DNA of 64,000 bases, from positions 1 through 64,000 of the IMG/VR virus record IMGVR_UViG_3300032135_000005; one strand, 5' to 3'. The notes beneath the pieces were generated by a model. The model ran no database searches. It had not been told where the DNA came from and worked only from the letters and a program-made list of their open reading frames with translations. The translations under genes were made by a program, and so were the position numbers. Position 1 is the first letter of the stretch; every line of letters begins with the position of its first letter. This document shows positions 10,173 to 21,200 of this stretch, piece after piece. The DNA is from a virus (taxonomy: Duplodnaviria; Caudoviricetes).

Positions 10173-13100
10173 TTAACATTTTTTTAGTTTACTTACAAGC
10201 TCCATATCGGAATGCTCTAGAAATTGAGTATATCTATCAGCTACATATTTGCTGAAAAATTCCTTGTACTCAGCCTCAAAATTATTTTTTTCCGCACTTT
10301 TTCTATGTGCGAAGGTAGCATTTTGTATTGCTCCTGCGTATATATCTTGAATGAACTCTATATCAGAAGCAGATTCTTTATTCTTTTCTAACCTTTCTAC
10401 AAGAACTTCTAAATACGCTTTTGCATCAGCATCATTATCTATTGTAAATTCATCTTCTGAGATAAGTTCTTTTATATAACTTCGTACCGTTTGAGTTTTA
10501 GTTACATCTTTAAAATTAGAGTGTTCATTTCCTACATTATTCATAACATTCTTGTTAACTTTACTTGCCGAATCACGTTTAGCTTTAGCTAATATACTTG
10601 CGTAAGGAACATTAAATAATGAATCTTTAGAGTGGTACTCAACAGCTAAGTTAGGTATACCCCTATCATCTTGTCTTGCGTAACCTTGCCCATCAAAGTA
10701 CAATAATCTCCATCGTTTATCTATGAATGATTTCGCGTATAAGGGTGGTTTATTTGTTTGAGTAAGACTCACATCATATATGTCGATAGGTAATGTACTT
10801 ACGTTATTAGCTAGATACATATGCATAAATGCACCTATACTATCAGTTGAATAAGAACTCTCGTCATTAGTTGTTTTCTGCAAGTCTCTAAAGAAATCAG
10901 GTAGTGAAACATTATTCGCGTCCGCTTTCTTTCCACCCATAAAATCATGATGTGCTCTAGGAGGTAAAAAATCCATGTAAGAATTTATAGACCTAGAATA
11001 CCCATAGAACATAATAGCATAATCAGCTAAACTTTTAGCTAATTTCTTTTCTATATCAGAATTTGAGTCCATTAAATCTTCATAGTAAGCAATCATTGAC
11101 TTAGCTTTCGTAGGAGTTATAGCTCTGGCCACAGTATTTCTAAACGTTACAAACTTCCTAGAACCTTCAGTTACTATGGTAAGGTTCTCAGTGAACCCAT
11201 TTTCCACTTCTGTATTTGACTTATTAATTTTTTCTCTGTAAGCTTTTAGTATGTTAGCAGTAGAATCTGGGTTAGTGCTATCAATCATACTTGTATAATC
11301 CTTAGCCATTGCCCTAGAAACTTCACTTGTATTATTGATAATAGATTTATCATTAGTTGCTACAAATGTATCGTAAGCTGCTAATACTTTAACTGCTTGA
11401 AATTCATCTAAGTACCCTAGAGTTTCAGTTGCATTTCTAATTACTTTTTGATATTGTTGTGTTGCTGTTGGAGATGTTTCCTTAAGAATTTGTAATGGTC
11501 TGTTTAAAAGATAAGTCTCCATAGTTGCCAAATGAGTGTTTATATATTTAGCGTGATCTATTTTTATCGCGTGAGCTTCATAATCTTTTTTACCTCTAAG
11601 TAAAGGTAATAGTTTTGTAGTTCCTGTTTCAAAATCAGAATGTTCTAGTACCCAAGAAGAAGTTCCTTCAATAGATGCAAGATTTTCATACTTAGCAATA
11701 ATTCCTGCGGTAGTTGTAGGAGTTCCAGAAGAATCTATATTTAATAAAGTTTGTGCTTTACTTAAAGCAGAACCGTTTGTGTATAATTCATTGAATACTT
11801 CTAATGATAATGTCATATCGTTAGGAGTTGTAGAATTCATTATACGCTTAGCATCATTCATTCCAAAATTTGGGAGTTTTTCAAAACCCTCTTCTGTATT
11901 AAGTTTTAACCCATACTTCCTAGCTATAGTACGAAGGGCTACTTCGTGAGCTTTAGTAGGATAATGCATTCTTTCTAACTTAGGATATAATGCTGCAAGT
12001 TCTTTTATTACTGGAGCATTTAAGAATGTAGTAGCGAACTCTATTCCGTGTCCTGCACTAATAAGTAATAATGCTGCTGATGCTGTATACTGATTGATAT
12101 TTAACTTACCTAATAATGGATCGTTTGCATTATCTAAGGCTGCATTTTGAATCTCAGCAATTTCATCTGATATCCTAGCTCTATATTTTCCTTTAACTAA
12201 GTTCCAAGTTTCTCCTAGTGCAACTTCTTCTGCATTTTCATTTACTCCTTTAATACGAATCGGTTTTACAAAGGCTGTACCTATATGTTTTGCTACTGCA
12301 TGACTAATAGATGCGATAGAAGATATTCCAATCATATCTCCACCTTGCATATTGTTATTTCTAAAGTCTTCTTGTGACTGTACTGATGACAACATTCCAG
12401 AAGTATCTCCATCTGTATTAGGTGGATAAAGTTCTGTTACTGCTCTAGTAAGTGAAGTAGTTCTGTTTGGAAGCAACAACTCTGAAACATAAGCAGGACT
12501 TGAAAGAACTGCTTTATGGTACTCCATAATGTAAGCTTGAGACCTATTTATAGTTGCTAGTTCTGTATTATAGTCTATCTCTTCAGCTAATGTTTCAATA
12601 TTTCCTTTTTCTAAACTATTTAGTTTATTTTGAAGATATTGAAATAATTTAGGTGCTTTTTCTTTAAGCATTGCTTTACCGGTACCTATCCCATCAGCAG
12701 GCATTACAATAGTTTTACCACTACTTTTAGCTAATTGTATTTGGGTATCTACATGATTTTTAAACCATTTAAGATCATTGTCTGTTAAATAAGAACTTGC
12801 AGAAGTGCCTCTATCTTTTTTAGTATCTATACCAATAGCATTTGATAGTCCTCTAATAACAGCTTGCGTCATTGATGGAACATGTTTAGTTACAGTTCTA
12901 TCATTAGTATTATCTCCAAATAAAAATACTTTATCTTCCTGAGACGCTACTTGTCGTCTATTCCAAAATCCTTTGAATATTTCTATTTTAGATTGTCCAA
13001 CAGTAGCATTATAATTAGAAATATCTTCATCTATAATATCTTCTAACATTTGTTTATAAGATTCAGCATGTCTATCTATAGTACTATCTAGTACATTAGC

Positions 13101-16100
13101 TCTGTCTACAACTTTTTCAAACTCAACCGCATTTAAAGTATTGTATCTTCCTAATTTTTTAATGCCTTCTTGTGTCCAACCTTCTTTATACCAAGTATTT
13201 TCATTTAACCCTTTAGTTATTTTAGTAATTTTTACAAGTATTTTTTTTGTTGTTCCATCAATAGATTTACCAAACATATAAGTATAAGAACCTTCTCTTA
13301 AATCATATTTCTTCAATTCAGAATCAGTTCTTGTTGTTCTTGTTCTAAATTTACTATCTATCATGTCAATAGAATAAGGATTTTTACCTAAGACATTTTT
13401 AACCTTTTGATTAGCTTCTTGTATAGTTCCATATTTCTCAATACCGCTTTGTAAATTTTGAGGTATTAATGTATTATTAGGTCTTAAATCTGCTTCTTTT
13501 TTAGCTTGATTATATTTATTAGTATCATCTTTAATTCTTTGTTTGGCTAATTCAGGATTCAAGTCCATTAATTTATACTGAATATTAGCATCAGGTAATA
13601 CTTTTTTAATAGCTTCAATAAAAGGTCTTCTTTTATCTTTAGTTAAGTTAGTAGTATCAAATATTACTTGTTTATTATTTTTTACCGCTTGTATAGCTCT
13701 TTTAGTGGCCTCTTCATAAATCTCTTTATCTTTAGATTTATCGTTCATATCTCCTGTAAACTTAACTCTCATTTCATCAGGAGAAATAACTACAAATTTA
13801 TTATTTTTATTTATAGATTTAATCCAAGTAGATTTACCACTACCACTTATACCAATAGGTAATATTACATCTGCTAAAGCTAACTCAGAACCTACCCGAG
13901 CCCCACTTGAACGGTAGCTTTGTTTTTTAAAGACTCCTTTGTCTACACCAAATTTGTGCATTTCAATATACACTTTATCAATATCAAAATCGGATCCGGA
14001 CTGCTCTACAATTTCCCCTGGAACTTGAATACTTGCTCCAGCTTCTGGTGGTAAGAAATCTTTGATAGTAGCTGCAAGCATAGAGTTCTTTCCTTGAGTA
14101 GGAATTCTGTATAGAACTATATCTGCAAGTCCAGCTTCTTTTACTTTAGCAATACTAATTTCTCCATTTTCAGATACTTGTCTAAATAATTGAGCATAAT
14201 TCTTATCGTTAGATTCTTGTATAAGTTTATTCCTGTGGTCAGTTAGCTCAACCTTAATAGCAGCAGGTGATAGTCTTTTATTTAAAGTCTTTCTAAAAAT
14301 TTCTACTCTAGCGTTGATATTTTTCATACCAGCTTTAGTTCTTTCTTTAGAAATCTCTCTAAGCCTATTTGTAAAGTATTGAGAACTCACTCTAACCTCA
14401 GCAGGTTTAATAGTGTAGTTTTTCGTTTCTCCTCTAGCTATGTCTTCAGCTGCAGCTAACAAAGCATCTCCTGTAAGTTCTACTGCTCCTTTCTTTATAC
14501 CTACAAACTTCAGATCACTATTTACAGAAATTCCTTCTTCTGTATACATAGTTCCCATACTAGAAACTTGAACAGCTGAGTACCCAGGAAGTTTCATTTT
14601 AGATACTTTCTTTCTAAACTCTGCTGCTATGGAAGAGTCAATAGCACTTTTAATAGTAGGGTAGTTTGCAGGTAGCAAAGAGTCTCCTTCTTCATTTAAA
14701 GTACGTAGGGCGGCTTGATAGTACTCAGCATTTTTAAATGGGTTGTACTCAAGCTCTCGTAGTATTGTATTTATGACCCTCTCCATATTTACATTACCGT
14801 TCATATCTTTATATTGGGATATGACCCCTTCTCCTATTGAAGATACTACATTAGATATTGCTTTATTGTAATTATCTAGAGCTACTGTACCGGTCTCTCC
14901 TAAAATATCTGCATTAGGATTATGATTGGCCATAATAAGTTTTCTTATCTGAGAACCAAATCTAGCTGCTGTTTTCTTAGTTACTGGAGTCACCTGAGGA
15001 ACCCTCATTCCATCATTGTCTAAAGTAATATGTTGTGCTGTATCTAGGTTTTTTATGTCTGTAACGTTCCTAATTCCTACCTTAACTGCAGATTCCATTA
15101 CAACTTCATCTGCTCTACCACTTCTAAGTTCTCTAGATATTTTTGCTAGTCCTGGAAATGCTTCATCACCGTTAGAGTTCTTACGTTCAAACAATGTAGG
15201 TATAGCTGGAAATACTGCATACTTTAATGACAGAGGTGCCATCGCATTATGTTGAGCTGATACTTTTTGTACTTTAAAGAAGAAATGTTTTAGAACTTCT
15301 AGCGTAGCATCTGAGGTAATTTCTTTTGTGTTGTCTTTAGCCCATTCATTTAATTGATCTACCATTTCTACTAGTTCATCTGTATGAATTCCTCTAGCAG
15401 CCATAGATTGTAAGTACCTATTTACACTTACAAAACCCTGTCCATCAGCTAAGTCTATACCTTCTGCATTCATAAACCCATCTCCTAATACATTGTATAC
15501 TTTACGTAATTCAGCTTTAATGTTAGCTTCTTTAAGTATTTTTAGTTTAAAAGTTTTATCTACTCCTGAATGAAACATCTTAGTGTTATGTATGATTTCA
15601 TTATTCATATCTGTTTCTAAGTCGCCTGACTCTCTCATAGTAGAGTTTATAGCAAACTTAACTCCGGGAGTAAATGGTAATCTAAATCTTTTATTTATAT
15701 TGTTTTTCTGTTCTAGTGTAGTTCCTTCTTTATAAAATGCAGGGTCTCCAGCATAAAACAATTGTTGTTCGTACCCATAAATAAAGTTGTTAGCAAGAAA
15801 CGTATCCATTTCTGCACTAGTTAAATTATTAAGGTATTTATCTTTAGATTTAAAAGAGTTGTTATCATTTTTAACAAATACTCCTTTATCTGTATAGTAC
15901 TTAGCATCTGATTCCAACATCTTAATAAACTCTTTCTCTGCTGTTGGGTAAAGTTTAGTTACTGTTGCTTCAATATTTGACTCACTTAGGTTAGCAGCAT
16001 TAATGTCTACTGCATTTAAAGACTGGAATAAATTAAATTTAGACGCATTCCCTGGAGACTTATTTGTTTTAGAATAATTTTTAAATCCTTCTAAGTTAGG

Positions 16101-18248
16101 GGATTCAATTATCCTAGCAAGTTCTCCTGCAATTTGGTCTTTAATCCATCCTGAAATATCTGCTGGAGCAATCTTTCCATCTACAACTACTTTCTGTGTA
16201 GAAGTACCTTTTTTGTAATTTAATTTAGGTACAGCTATAACTGTAAGGTTTCCATTATCCCCTTGAGTAGGGCTCATTGCATTGAAGTACCCTTGCATAG
16301 TATTTGGTCTGAAGAAGAACTGCATTCTAGATGTCAATGCATCATAGGTAGATAATTGTCCGTAAGTTCTTCCAGACTTAGCTTTTTGATTGTTTGTTAA
16401 TGTATCTAAAGATTGCACACGAAAATTTACTTTGTGAGGTCCATCTTCTGTAAGTACATTATATAAAATACTTTTGGCATACATAGGGTCACTCCCATAA
16501 TCATCTTGAGCCTCCTGAACTTCTTGTAGTCTACGCCACATATCCTGAGCTTCTGTGCTCATATTAAATGCATGAACTATTGTTCCTCTTCCTGATAAGT
16601 GAGCACCAACGTGCATATCTGTTCTAGATTCTGCTACTGCATCTGCTAGTATATTAAGGTATTTATTTTCTCCGAATGCATCTGTATCCTTAGCAAATAC
16701 ATCATTTCCAGTATAAATCTGATCCCTTACTATTTTAGCTAGCATGGTTTTGATAATTTCACTAGGAGATTTCTTAGCAGTACTATCACTAAATCTACGA
16801 GGATTGGAATGTACTAAATCTATAATAGCTTTGATATCTGATTTCCCAATTTTTGTAAGCCCGGCAAGTTCAAATTGTCTAGCTGCCTCTTCTAAATGAG
16901 TGTTCTCAAAATTATTTAATCCTTCTATATTCTTATTAGGTTCTGTTTTTCTCTTCCGCGGAATAATTTCTCCTTTCTTATTTCGTTTAACAGGTAAAGC
17001 TTGAACTGTACTTAAGTATTTACGTAGAACTTCTCTCTTCTTATCAAGAGACTTCACTGGACTTTGCTGTACATCATCTATAGTCTCACTCCACGCATCC
17101 TTAAGTTTACTCTTAACTTTAGCGTTATTGGCATCCGTCACTAAAAGAGTAGTTGCATCTTTTTCTGCAATATTAATCATATCATAATCCGCCTTAGCTA
17201 ACGTAAATAAAGCTACTGCTAGTCTATCATAGTCTCCTAAGTTAGGAACATAAACAGGTTTCTCCTCCATAAGAACCTCGTATAGAGGAATAAGTTCAGG
17301 AGTAGTAGTTAAAGAGTTCTGAAGTTTCATAGCCATTTCATCCATAGACTGAACTCCCTTGGTTACTTTAAATAACTTAGAAAGAATATCTTCTGCACTG
17401 CTAGGTCTGAAAGAACCTATTGCTGTAGTTTCATATATATTTTGTCTGTTGTATACTAAATCATCTGCAGTTTTATTAGACCACTTGTAGTTCTTTTTAA
17501 CTTTTCGTAATTTTCTTAGGGCTATTTTTAATGCGGGTAGTACTGAGTTCATAGTAGGCATCTCTAAAATATCCATAGAGTAGATAAGTTCACTTGCTGT
17601 CTCGGCTTCTTCTGCACTGTAAGTACCTTCTCCACTAGCCTCCAATGCATCTTTGTATGCTTCAGATTGGTCTATCTCTATTTGATCTTTGCCTATTCTA
17701 ATATGAATTCCTATATCTCTAAGTTTTACTCCAAGAGGACCAAGAATTTCATCTTGTCCTATGAAGTAAGGCATATCTACAATAGCTTTTTTCATTAATG
17801 CGTAATGCTCTTCTGAGTACTGGTCAGCAGCTTTACTACCAAGTTCTAGCCATATTTTGTTCCTTACTGCAGTAATAACTTTCGGAAGAAGTGTAGCATC
17901 TTTTGTAAGAGCTTTAGTGTCAATTCCTCCTAGTGTGTACATACTTTGAGTTCCCTGGATAGTACTGAAAGCTTCTACGATTTCATCAACTAAAAAGTCC
18001 ATAATATCATCCTGCTCCCTTCTGTCTTTAAACCCTTCTAGTTTATACTTAGGACTGCTTATGTAATTTTCTTGACTAACTTCTCCTTGCTCATTTTTCC
18101 CATACATTTTAATGTAGGCTTCCTTATTTGAAGATAATTCTAAGTAAGTTTCTAGGGCTTCCCCAGATTCCATAGTACTATGCAGAGCTTCAAATAGTTT
18201 TGAAGATTCTCCATTTTCTAACAATACTTGCTCTACTCGACATCCCAT
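10173..18248 (-). CDS. Virion-packaged single-chain RNA polymerase (phi14:2 gp66-like)
   Basis: 2691 aa. Catalytic GSDFDIDK motif (DFDID at 13977..13991) preceded by YRIPTQGKNSM; also ADGQG, ESAVKVG and FGSQIRKL motifs characteristic of crAss-like two-barrel RNAPs. Confidence 0.9.
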   Translation of the reverse strand: MGCRVEQVLLENGESSKLFEALHSTMESGEALETYLELSSNKEAYIKMYGKNEQGEVSQENYISSPKYKLEGFKDRREQDDIMDFLVDEIVEAFSTIQGTQSMYTLGGIDTKALTKDATLLPKVITAVRNKIWLELGSKAADQYSEEHYALMKKAIVDMPYFIGQDEILGPLGVKLRDIGIHIRIGKDQIEIDQSEAYKDALEASGEGTYSAEEAETASELIYSMDILEMPTMNSVLPALKIALRKLRKVKKNYKWSNKTADDLVYNRQNIYETTAIGSFRPSSAEDILSKLFKVTKGVQSMDEMAMKLQNSLTTTPELIPLYEVLMEEKPVYVPNLGDYDRLAVALFTLAKADYDMINIAEKDATTLLVTDANNAKVKSKLKDAWSETIDDVQQSPVKSLDKKREVLRKYLSTVQALPVKRNKKGEIIPRKRKTEPNKNIEGLNNFENTHLEEAARQFELAGLTKIGKSDIKAIIDLVHSNPRRFSDSTAKKSPSEIIKTMLAKIVRDQIYTGNDVFAKDTDAFGENKYLNILADAVAESRTDMHVGAHLSGRGTIVHAFNMSTEAQDMWRRLQEVQEAQDDYGSDPMYAKSILYNVLTEDGPHKVNFRVQSLDTLTNNQKAKSGRTYGQLSTYDALTSRMQFFFRPNTMQGYFNAMSPTQGDNGNLTVIAVPKLNYKKGTSTQKVVVDGKIAPADISGWIKDQIAGELARIIESPNLEGFKNYSKTNKSPGNASKFNLFQSLNAVDINAANLSESNIEATVTKLYPTAEKEFIKMLESDAKYYTDKGVFVKNDNNSFKSKDKYLNNLTSAEMDTFLANNFIYGYEQQLFYAGDPAFYKEGTTLEQKNNINKRFRLPFTPGVKFAINSTMRESGDLETDMNNEIIHNTKMFHSGVDKTFKLKILKEANIKAELRKVYNVLGDGFMNAEGIDLADGQGFVSVNRYLQSMAARGIHTDELVEMVDQLNEWAKDNTKEITSDATLEVLKHFFFKVQKVSAQHNAMAPLSLKYAVFPAIPTLFERKNSNGDEAFPGLAKISRELRSGRADEVVMESAVKVGIRNVTDIKNLDTAQHITLDNDGMRVPQVTPVTKKTAARFGSQIRKLIMANHNPNADILGETGTVALDNYNKAISNVVSSIGEGVISQYKDMNGNVNMERVINTILRELEYNPFKNAEYYQAALRTLNEEGDSLLPANYPTIKSAIDSSIAAEFRKKVSKMKLPGYSAVQVSSMGTMYTEEGISVNSDLKFVGIKKGAVELTGDALLAAAEDIARGETKNYTIKPAEVRVSSQYFTNRLREISKERTKAGMKNINARVEIFRKTLNKRLSPAAIKVELTDHRNKLIQESNDKNYAQLFRQVSENGEISIAKVKEAGLADIVLYRIPTQGKNSMLAATIKDFLPPEAGASIQVPGEIVEQSGSDFDIDKVYIEMHKFGVDKGVFKKQSYRSSGARVGSELALADVILPIGISGSGKSTWIKSINKNNKFVVISPDEMRVKFTGDMNDKSKDKEIYEEATKRAIQAVKNNKQVIFDTTNLTKDKRRPFIEAIKKVLPDANIQYKLMDLNPELAKQRIKDDTNKYNQAKKEADLRPNNTLIPQNLQSGIEKYGTIQEANQKVKNVLGKNPYSIDMIDSKFRTRTTRTDSELKKYDLREGSYTYMFGKSIDGTTKKILVKITKITKGLNENTWYKEGWTQEGIKKLGRYNTLNAVEFEKVVDRANVLDSTIDRHAESYKQMLEDIIDEDISNYNATVGQSKIEIFKGFWNRRQVASQEDKVFLFGDNTNDRTVTKHVPSMTQAVIRGLSNAIGIDTKKDRGTSASSYLTDNDLKWFKNHVDTQIQLAKSSGKTIVMPADGIGTGKAMLKEKAPKLFQYLQNKLNSLEKGNIETLAEEIDYNTELATINRSQAYIMEYHKAVLSSPAYVSELLLPNRTTSLTRAVTELYPPNTDGDTSGMLSSVQSQEDFRNNNMQGGDMIGISSIASISHAVAKHIGTAFVKPIRIKGVNENAEEVALGETWNLVKGKYRARISDEIAEIQNAALDNANDPLLGKLNINQYTASAALLLISAGHGIEFATTFLNAPVIKELAALYPKLERMHYPTKAHEVALRTIARKYGLKLNTEEGFEKLPNFGMNDAKRIMNSTTPNDMTLSLEVFNELYTNGSALSKAQTLLNIDSSGTPTTTAGIIAKYENLASIEGTSSWVLEHSDFETGTTKLLPLLRGKKDYEAHAIKIDHAKYINTHLATMETYLLNRPLQILKETSPTATQQYQKVIRNATETLGYLDEFQAVKVLAAYDTFVATNDKSIINNTSEVSRAMAKDYTSMIDSTNPDSTANILKAYREKINKSNTEVENGFTENLTIVTEGSRKFVTFRNTVARAITPTKAKSMIAYYEDLMDSNSDIEKKLAKSLADYAIMFYGYSRSINSYMDFLPPRAHHDFMGGKKADANNVSLPDFFRDLQKTTNDESSYSTDSIGAFMHMYLANNVSTLPIDIYDVSLTQTNKPPLYAKSFIDKRWRLLYFDGQGYARQDDRGIPNLAVEYHSKDSLFNVPYASILAKAKRDSASKVNKNVMNNVGNEHSNFKDVTKTQTVRSYIKELISEDEFTIDNDADAKAYLEVLVERLEKNKESASDIEFIQDIYAGAIQNATFAHRKSAEKNNFEAEYKEFFSKYVADRYTQFLEHSDMELVSKLKKC

Positions 18249-18249
18249 T

Positions 18250-21200
18250 TTAACAAACTATTTTAATTCTTCCTTTAGCTTTTAAACTTTGTAAAGTTAC
18301 ATTATTTTTCGGCGATAATTGTTTCGTAAACTCATTTACTGATTGTATTCCACTAAGAGAAGCTTTGAACCACGTTTTACTTGGAGTTTTTGTGAACCCA
18401 CCTTCCATTATTTTAGTAAATACATCCGTAACTACATCAGAAGATCTAGTACCTTTAAACCAATCAATAATACTAGCAAAGAACTTCTTAGCTTTATCAG
18501 CATAAGTTTCTTTCTTATAGGTTTTTTGAAATTCCTCGAATTCCCCTGCAAACTTTTCTTCAAGTTCTAATGACCACTCTTTTTCTCCTCGCTCTTTAGC
18601 CATCTCAGCTCTTTCAGAAGGAGTTAAATATAAATCAGCAACGGCGTGAAAAGCTTCGTGGAAAATTGCTCCTTGTTTAGCACCTTTCACTACGTAAGCA
18701 ACTCCTTGGTTATAAGCACCTATTGCTTGAGCACCAAATCTTTTATGCATATAAGCTACATCCTTCACTACATTAACTGGAATTTTAGGTAGTAACTTAT
18801 TAATCTGAGTTACTTCGTCATTAAATTGTTCATTAGTAAATACCTCATCTTTACTAGCTAGTTTAAATGGTGTAGTGTTCTCGTCCAAGAACTTATTCAT
18901 TACAGCATTAACATCTGCGTTAGCATCTGTCTCTGCCATAAGAGTTATGGTCTTAGTAAGTTTAATAGCCTCAGCAGGAGTTATAATTCCTTTAGCTATT
19001 GCGTTCTCAAATTGAGCTACGGCACCTGACTCTACTCCCATTTCTTCTAGAGTCTCTTGAGCTCCTTGGGGTTCTTGGCTTTCTTGAGTAGTATCAGTAT
19101 TTTGAACTATACTCTTATTTGTAGGAGTTACTGGAGTACTTTTAGTAGTTCCAACTACATTATTCTGACGTATTACTGTACCTCCTTTAGTAGTAGCGGG
19201 TCTAACAGATTTAGTCTGGGTAGTAGGCTTTACAGTTTTTGCTTTGTCTAACCTAAGTGGTCCAACTTCATCTAATCCTAGTGCAGGCACAAGAGGTAAT
19301 ATTCTAGCTGTTCTAGCTTTCGTATCCCCGGCTGAATAATCTACTTTAACTGGAACTACAAATAGTTTTTTATCTGCAAGTATTCCATAAGTATTATTCA
19401 GTATAATCCTATAGGCTGATAATTGTTTTTGATGTTTAATTCTATTAGAATCTCTTACACCTTTTTGTCTTTTACGTTTTGGGGTAACACCATCAGCTTC
19501 AAAAACACCTTTAACAGTTTTCCAAATAGTTGTATCTTCATATCTATTATCAGTAGTAGGATCAAATAACATAGTTTTAATGTCGTAGATACGAACTGCT
19601 CCTTCATTATCATAAGTAAGTAAATCTATTGTACCAGCTCTCTTTGTAGTCTTATCGAAAAGAACCATCCCGGTAGATACTACTGTCTGTCCTGCAATAC
19701 TTTTCTTAAATGCTTGCAATGAGGTTACAAATTCATCAAAGACTTCTTCAGTTATGGCATAACTACTATTCCAAACTAAAGAGGATTCTGTAGGGTCAAA
19801 GAAATCACGTATCATATTATCAATACCAGTTCCTATTACTTGACTGCTTTTTAATTTTGGAGTTATTACATCAGGATTTTCTGAAAAGATATCAGTAACC
19901 CTATCATATTTAGTATAGTTTCCACTCGCATCCTTATCATTTACATTTACATACCATTTAAACTCTTTATCTAAACCTACAAGTTTACTATCTTCACTAA
20001 GTCCCTTAATATTAGGAAGTTCATTTTGTATAGTTTCAAGTACCGTTTTAACTTCTTCAACTCGTTCTTTTTGAAGTGAAGTGCTTGGACTTTTAGTAGC
20101 AGGTTTAACTGGTTGAGATGGAGTATCTGCAGTAGAGAACCTATCTGCATACATCTCAGTTTCTAAACTAATTACTACATCCAATGCATCAATCATCTCT
20201 TCATACGCAGAGGTTAATTTTGATTGCCCTGTTTGTTGAATAGTTCCTGTTCTGTCCCCAGGAGCTACTGTAGATGCTATGTGAACTGCTTTACTTGTGT
20301 ACTTACTTCTTGTTAAAGAGTACACGGTAGCTTCTGATTTAATTACAGAAGTAGGTGAAGGATTATCTTTTATAGCTTTTACTACATCTCTAAGTAATTC
20401 TATGTGGCCAATCTTTTGTTCACTTGAAGCTACGTTCTCCCTGGCTGCTATTTTAGTATTAAGAAGACTTAACATATCCTGAAAATCTTGGTCAGTATAC
20501 GGAACTGCATCTAAAAATGCATCGTTCATAGCTTTTATGTACTCAACATCAACAGGCCCATCAGGATGCACATCTAATAGTTTATCTCTGTATTCTATAA
20601 CACCATCAAACCCTTTGGCAATGTTACCGGCTCTTTTAGAGTTCCCTACTAGTTTAGCGAAGACATTTTTAGTGTAATGTAACCCTAAAGCATCTGAAGC
20701 TACAGATAAAGAGTGTAAAGAGTTATCCGTTCCTGAATCATTTTTCTCTGCTTCATTTTCCTCTCCATAAGCTCTCTTTTTAAGATAAGTTGTTCTAGCC
20801 TCTAATGTATTTACAGCTCTAGTGGCAGACTCATGTTGAATAGTACCGGGTCTCGCTTTTTTTAGTTTGACTCTCGCGTCAGCTAATTGACGAAATGCTC
20901 CTTTTTCTTTAAATAGATTAGCAGGATACATTTGTACTCCTTTGCTTTTTTCACTAAATCTTACTACTATAGTTCCTTTAGGAGTGGTACTCATAACTAC
21001 TCCATCTCCGTGAACTGGACTCCATATTTTTTCATGTCTAGCAAATTCTGATATACCCTCAGCTTGAGTGAACTTACTATCTACAGTAGCTTTTCTTACT
21101 GTGTATAAATTTAATTCTTTTGATTTTACTTTAGCTTGAATTTCCTGTAGTGCAAGAACTCCTCTAGCCATTAAAGGTACTTGAGAATAATTCTCTAATG

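Noticed and set aside
12600-13880. RNAP insertion as an intein
   Set aside because: No N-terminal Cys/Ser block A, no HN C-terminus and no LAGLIDADG motifs.
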